Positions 59,685 through 64,000 of a stretch of DNA of 64,000 nt are shown here, piece after piece. Numbering within the stretch: position 1 is the first letter of the stretch; each line of letters opens with the position of its first letter. Under the pieces are notes generated by a model, which saw nothing but the letters and a program-made list of their open reading frames with translations, ran no database searches and had not been told where the DNA came from. Made by a program: the position numbers and the translations under genes. The DNA comes from Brevibacterium luteolum (GTDB lineage: Bacteria > Actinomycetota > Actinomycetes > Actinomycetales > Brevibacteriaceae): contig NZ_JABEMC010000002.1 of NCBI RefSeq assembly GCF_013004595.1, positions 186,001-250,000 on the forward strand, in the 5' to 3' direction.

Positions 59685-59728
59685 AGGACCCGCAGCCTCG
59701 GCCCGTGATGCCGGAGCTGCGGGTCTTT
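59685..59728 (+). terminator. Intrinsic terminator
   Basis: AGGACCCGCAGC...GCTGCGGGTCTTT. Confidence 0.6.
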
Positions 59729-59787
59729 CCATGTGCGAGGCGCAGCTCTGTTGACACACTCGCCCAGCACGACTCAGACTGTGAGCC

Positions 59788-61143
59788 ATGACACAGCCGC
59801 GTGCACCCCATCCGGGCCTGCACCCGCCGGGGGCCACCACCTCGGGCGCGGACCCGGCCACCACCTCGGGACCCGGAGACATCCACAGCATGCGCCCCGG
59901 CGGTTTCGGAGCCGAGCGCCGGCCCGAACCGCGGCCGGGAGACGCCGGCACACCGGGGGCTGGCGGATTGCTGTTCTCCGCTGAGGAATACGAGCAGCGG
60001 CTGGCCGCCGTCCGGCGCCGGATGCGCGATCAGGGACTGTCCGGGCTCATCGTCACCGACCCGGCGAACATGTTCTACCTCACCGGATACAACGCCTGGT
60101 CCTTCTACACCCCGCAGCTGCTCTACGTCCCGGCATCGGGCCCGATGACACTGTTCGCTCGGGAGATGGACGCCCACGGGGCGCAGCGCACCTGCTGGCT
60201 GCCCGAAGAGGATATCGTCGGTTACCCCGAGCGCTACGTCCACCGCCCGCACATCCACCCCTTCGACTGGGTTGCGTTCGCCCTGCGGCAGCGCTGGGAG
60301 GTCGCCCCGGCCGCCCACGGGTGCATCGGCGTGGAGATGGACAGCCACTACTACTCCCCGCGCGCCCACCGCGCACTCGTCCACGGCATCCCAGAGTGGA
60401 CTCTCGTCGACTCCTTCGAGCTCGTCAACTGGATCCGGGCGATCAAATCTCCAGCCGAGATCGCGATCATGCGACAAGCCGCTCAGGTCACGACCGCGGC
60501 GATGAACGCCGCACTCAACGCCGTTGAGCCAGGGGCCCGGCAGAACGACGTCGCCGCCGCGATCGCCCACGCTCAGGCGGCCGGCACCGCCGAGGTGTGG
60601 GGAGACTTCCCGGCGATCGTGCCGATGCTGCCGACCGGTGAGGGCGCCGACACCCCACACCTGACGTGGACCGACCGCAGGCTCAGGTCCGGGGAGCCGG
60701 TCGTCATCGAACTCGCCGGCGCCCACCACCGCTACCACGTGCCGCTGGCCCGCACCGTCATGCTCGGCGAGCCGCCGGCTCAGCTGCAGCACACCGCAGA
60801 TGTCGTCGCCGAAGCGCTCAACGAGGTGCTGGAGACGATGCGCCCGGACGTGCCGGTCGCCGAACTCGCCCGGGTGTGGAATGCGGTGCTGTCCCGCTAC
60901 GAGATGGTCAAGGAGTCGAGGCTGGGCTATTCGATCGGGATCGGCTACCCGCCGGACTGGGGCGAGCGGACGATCTCCCTGCGCAGCGAGGACGAACAGG
61001 TGCTCGCCGCCGGGATGACGTTCCACGTCATCGCCGGCATGTGGCTCGATGGCATCGGCTACGAAGTCAGCGAACCTGTCGCCGTCACCGCCACCGGCGT
61101 CGAGCGCTTCACCGACTTCCCGCAGAACCTCATCCGCAAGTGA
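59788..61143 (+). CDS. doeA: M24-fold protein, probable ectoine hydrolase (DoeA/EutD)
   Basis: FSAEEY..RL, DPANMFYLTGYNAWSFY, ELVNWIRAIKS, TPHLTW, RYHVPLART and GYSIGIGYPPDWGERTISLR motifs. Start uncertain. Confidence 0.75.
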   Translation: MTQPRAPHPGLHPPGATTSGADPATTSGPGDIHSMRPGGFGAERRPEPRPGDAGTPGAGGLLFSAEEYEQRLAAVRRRMRDQGLSGLIVTDPANMFYLTGYNAWSFYTPQLLYVPASGPMTLFAREMDAHGAQRTCWLPEEDIVGYPERYVHRPHIHPFDWVAFALRQRWEVAPAAHGCIGVEMDSHYYSPRAHRALVHGIPEWTLVDSFELVNWIRAIKSPAEIAIMRQAAQVTTAAMNAALNAVEPGARQNDVAAAIAHAQAAGTAEVWGDFPAIVPMLPTGEGADTPHLTWTDRRLRSGEPVVIELAGAHHRYHVPLARTVMLGEPPAQLQHTADVVAEALNEVLETMRPDVPVAELARVWNAVLSRYEMVKESRLGYSIGIGYPPDWGERTISLRSEDEQVLAAGMTFHVIAGMWLDGIGYEVSEPVAVTATGVERFTDFPQNLIRK

Positions 61144-62357
61144 CGACTGCGATGGGCGGGGCTGACGGAGAGCTGGCAGGCCGGCTGGTGGAGCTGACCG
61201 GGGACCTCATCCGCGCCCGAGGTGAGAACCCCGGTGGGACCGAAGAGGCGACCGTTGATGTCATCGCCGGGTTCGCGCGCGCTCATGGGCTTCACGTGCA
61301 CATCGCCGAGGTGGCCAGCGGCCGGCCGAACATCGTCGTCACCGCACCAGCGGCAGAGGGTGCGGCGAGCGCCGCGCCGGACGTGCCCGCAGAGGGCCTG
61401 CTGTTCCTCGGTCACTCCGATGTCGTACCCGCTGGAGACGGCTGGTCCGGCGATCCGTTCGAACCCCGGCTGACCGCGGGCTGGCTCACCGGGCGCGGGG
61501 CCGCGGACATGAAGGGCGGGCTTGCCGCGGTCTTGTGCGCGCTCACCGACGCACATGCCGCCGATTGTCTCGCGGCTGCTGTGAGTCTGGCGGTCACCGT
61601 CGACGAGGAGGATCTGGGCACCGGCATCCGGCAGCTCGTGGCAGACGGGCTCGGCCCGCACGCCGGGCAGCGCTTCGCCGCGTGCGTCGTCGCCGAGCCG
61701 ACGGATCTGGACATCGTCACCGCCTGCCGCGGAGACGCCTATCTGGAGGTGCAGCTGACCGGCGTCTCGGCTCATTCGGGCAGGCCGGCCGATGGCCGCT
61801 CGGCGATCATCGCCGGAGCGAGGCTCATCAGCGTACTCGTGGAGAACCAGGAACATCTCGACGCACGTGCTCATCCGCTGCTCGGCGCCGGGTCGTGGAG
61901 CCCGGGCATCATCAACGGCGGGCAGGGCACCTCGATGGTCGCCGATGCCTGCCGGATCTCACTCGACCGCCGGCTCCTGCCAGACGAGGACGCCGCCGAC
62001 ATCGCCGGCTGGCTTCGCGCTGTCGCGGCCGAGGCAGGCATCACCGGTGATGGGATCGGACTCGACGTCGCGGTGACGATGGAGATGCCGGGCTTCATCA
62101 CCGACCGTGACTCCCCCGCGATCACGACGCTTGAGGCCGCAGCCGAGGCGGTGACCGGGCAGGTGCCCGAATGCACGGTGTGGACGGCAGCCTGCGACGG
62201 CGGCTACATCGCCCGGGACTTGGGGATCCCGACCATCGTGTACGGTCCAGGCAGCATCAGCGAACAGGCCCACCATGTCGATGAGGCGATCGAGGTCGCC
62301 GAACTCGTACGCGCCTGCCGGGTCTACCGGCAGTTCATCGCCCGGACCTGCGGCTGA
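61140..62357 (+). CDS. M20A ArgE/DapE-like deacylase
   Basis: GHSDVVP, GRGAADMKGG, VDEE, AEPT, SAHSG and YGPGS..QAH..DE motifs. GTGA overlap with doeA. Confidence 0.85.
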   Translation: MTTAMGGADGELAGRLVELTGDLIRARGENPGGTEEATVDVIAGFARAHGLHVHIAEVASGRPNIVVTAPAAEGAASAAPDVPAEGLLFLGHSDVVPAGDGWSGDPFEPRLTAGWLTGRGAADMKGGLAAVLCALTDAHAADCLAAAVSLAVTVDEEDLGTGIRQLVADGLGPHAGQRFAACVVAEPTDLDIVTACRGDAYLEVQLTGVSAHSGRPADGRSAIIAGARLISVLVENQEHLDARAHPLLGAGSWSPGIINGGQGTSMVADACRISLDRRLLPDEDAADIAGWLRAVAAEAGITGDGIGLDVAVTMEMPGFITDRDSPAITTLEAAAEAVTGQVPECTVWTAACDGGYIARDLGIPTIVYGPGSISEQAHHVDEAIEVAELVRACRVYRQFIARTCG

Positions 62358-62363
62358 AGCGAC

Positions 62364-62858
62364 TCAGGCGCCGGCAGCGGGGAGCAACCGCGCACGACAG
62401 CTGTGTCGCCGCATGACCTTGAGGAGTGGAAGCAGCAGCAGACCGACGACGCCGAAGACGACTGCCGGAATCCACAGCAGCGATGCATGCGCTGCGAGCA
62501 GTTCAACGAAGGAGAAGTACGCGCCTCGCCTGTCGAGCAGCGCTGCGATCGTCACTCCGAGAAGATAGGCGACCAGGATCGGACCCAGAATGTATGTCGC
62601 ATAGATCCCGGCATACAGCCGCCACCCGGCGCGCGGTCTCGCGATTCTGCGTTCGGCAGCGAAGGCGAGGCCCTCGGCAAGCAGCAGACCGGGCAGCAGC
62701 GGCAGCAGCAGGAAGATGAAGAGCAGGAAGTCGGTGGAGCCCAGATCGCCATCGGACATGACCCACGATGCAGCAGCCAAGATCACCAGAGAGACGAGGC
62801 CGGCCAGCGCCGCGTACCCGGCGATTGATGGTCGATCAAGCGTCCTGCTGCCTGCCAT
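62364..62858 (-). CDS. Hypothetical membrane protein
   Basis: Four hydrophobic segments. Directly downstream of aroD. Confidence 0.55.
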   Translation of the reverse strand: MAGSRTLDRPSIAGYAALAGLVSLVILAAASWVMSDGDLGSTDFLLFIFLLLPLLPGLLLAEGLAFAAERRIARPRAGWRLYAGIYATYILGPILVAYLLGVTIAALLDRRGAYFSFVELLAAHASLLWIPAVVFGVVGLLLLPLLKVMRRHSCRARLLPAAGA

Positions 62859-62862
62859 GTCA

Positions 62863-63612
62863 TCAGTCCTCACCGGCAAGGATCTGCAGAGTCTGCAGCA
62901 CCTCGGACGCGGACACCTGGCCGGGAGCTGAACCCTCACCGACGGTCGCGAAAGTGGCCGCCGAACCGAACTCACCGCCGATGAGCCGGGTGAGCCTGCC
63001 GCGCCGGCCCATCGCGATGACGATGATGGGGATCCGCAGGCGGGCCCGGCCGCGGTCGGCGGCTTTGAGCGCTTCGAGCACATCGGAGCGGTCATGCGGC
63101 ATCACCGCGACCTTCGCGACATCAGCCCCGAGGTCGGCCATGGCCTTGAGGGTGCGCAGCAGCTGCTTCGACGGCGGGGTGTCGGTGAAGTCGTGCGCCG
63201 AAACCACCGAGGCGACCCCCGCCTCGGCGGCGGCAGTGATGAGATCACCGGCATCCCGGCGGGCGAACTCGATGTCGACGGCGGCCGGGCCGGCGGCGAT
63301 CGCCTGCCGGATGAGAGTGGTGTAGGCGTCCTCGTCGAGGTTCGCGGCCCCGCCCTCGGAACCGGTGCGGATGGTCAGCAGCACCGGCAGGCCCGTGTGC
63401 GCACGGATGGCCGCCAGGCCGGCGGAGAACAGCTCGCCTGCCTCGGCGGTCAGCCCGGCGGCCAGGGCGTCGACGCGCCATTCGAGCGCGTCGATCCCGG
63501 GAGTCTGCGCGCAGTCAGCGGCCAGCCGGCCGAGCTCGTCGAGGTCGCCGGCGACGAGCGGGACGATGACGGCGGGCAGCTGATCTGAAGCCACGAACGG
63601 CAGCGATTTCAT
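62863..63612 (-). CDS. aroD: Type I 3-dehydroquinate dehydratase
   Basis: EWRVD, TIRTGSEGG, SAHDF.DTP, AKVAVMP and SAPGQ motifs. Confidence 0.92.
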   Translation of the reverse strand: MKSLPFVASDQLPAVIVPLVAGDLDELGRLAADCAQTPGIDALEWRVDALAAGLTAEAGELFSAGLAAIRAHTGLPVLLTIRTGSEGGAANLDEDAYTTLIRQAIAAGPAAVDIEFARRDAGDLITAAAEAGVASVVSAHDFTDTPPSKQLLRTLKAMADLGADVAKVAVMPHDRSDVLEALKAADRGRARLRIPIIVIAMGRRGRLTRLIGGEFGSAATFATVGEGSAPGQVSASEVLQTLQILAGED

Positions 63613-63630
63613 GGCACTACCCTAGAGCAC

Positions 63631-64000
63631 TCACGATTCGAAGAGCGCCTGGCCGATGTACTCGCCCTCGCGCACGCCCGGCGGGATCGCCCACACGGTC
63701 GAGCCGATCGGCGCAGTCCACTGATTCAGCAGGTCGACCTCGTCGAGGCGCTTCTGGATCGGCAGGAACTGCCGTTCGACCGAGGCCTGGTAGGAGGCGA
63801 ACATGAGACCGGCCTTGCCGACGATCGCGCTGCCGGTCGGGCCGGTGGCGGCATCGGCGGCGTCGGGCACCGAATGGTAGTTGTACACGCGCCGGAAGAT
63901 CTGCTGCTCAGGTGCTGCGTTGTTGCGGCTGCGGGCGACGTGGCTGGCCGGCGAGATGATCGTGAAGCCCTTGTCGTCGGTGGCCTCCAGATCGGGGATG
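63631..64000 (-). CDS. Dyp-type peroxidase, C-terminal part (5' end outside window)
   Basis: SHVARSR, IFRRVYNY, GLMFASYQ and QFLPIQKRL..DLLNQW.PIGS motifs. Confidence 0.85.
   Translation of the reverse strand, partial: IPDLEATDDKGFTIISPASHVARSRNNAAPEQQIFRRVYNYHSVPDAADAATGPTGSAIVGKAGLMFASYQASVERQFLPIQKRLDEVDLLNQWTAPIGSTVWAIPPGVREGEYIGQALFES

Noticed and set aside
1..64000. tRNA, rRNA, prophage, toxin-antitoxin, restriction or other defence systems
   Set aside because: No supporting motifs or ORFs seen by eye. Short RNA genes cannot be fully excluded without tRNAscan or Infernal.

Overview
High-GC actinobacterial chromosome segment. Gene content suggests Micrococcales, most like Brevibacterium; this is an inference. 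The window is mostly metabolic genes with no rRNA, tRNA or CRISPR array that I can support. From left to right it holds: a solute symporter 3' end; a decayed heavy-metal ATPase and IS remnant (~0.9-2.2 kb); fatty-acid enzymes, NUDIX hydrolases, a heterodimeric ABC exporter and pyruvate oxidase; a homoprotocatechuate (hpa) meta-cleavage cluster with a divergent single-component flavoprotein hydroxylase (13.4-23.7 kb); formamidase fmdAB, lldD, a DUF222-HNH gene and DsbA/CcdA; an oleA-oleBC-oleD olefin operon coupled to an ABC pair (33.8-41.1 kb); prpE; three putative cell-wall hydrolase genes behind a structured leader (43.9-46.1 kb); a 51-aa His-rich peptide missing from the ORF track, next to an ArsR/SmtB regulator; an M20 peptidase plus NSAR/OSBS pair; an LPXTG-anchored M28 peptidase; VIT1, pabC-like and TauE genes; a doeA-like M24 gene plus an ArgE-like M20 gene; aroD; and a partial Dyp peroxidase. 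No wholly new system can be proven from sequence alone. The best leads are variant pathways (hpa, ectoine, ole export), the hydrolase cassette leader, the His-rich peptide, two dispersed repeat families and an internally deleted amidotransferase. All family assignments are from recalled motifs, not database searches.
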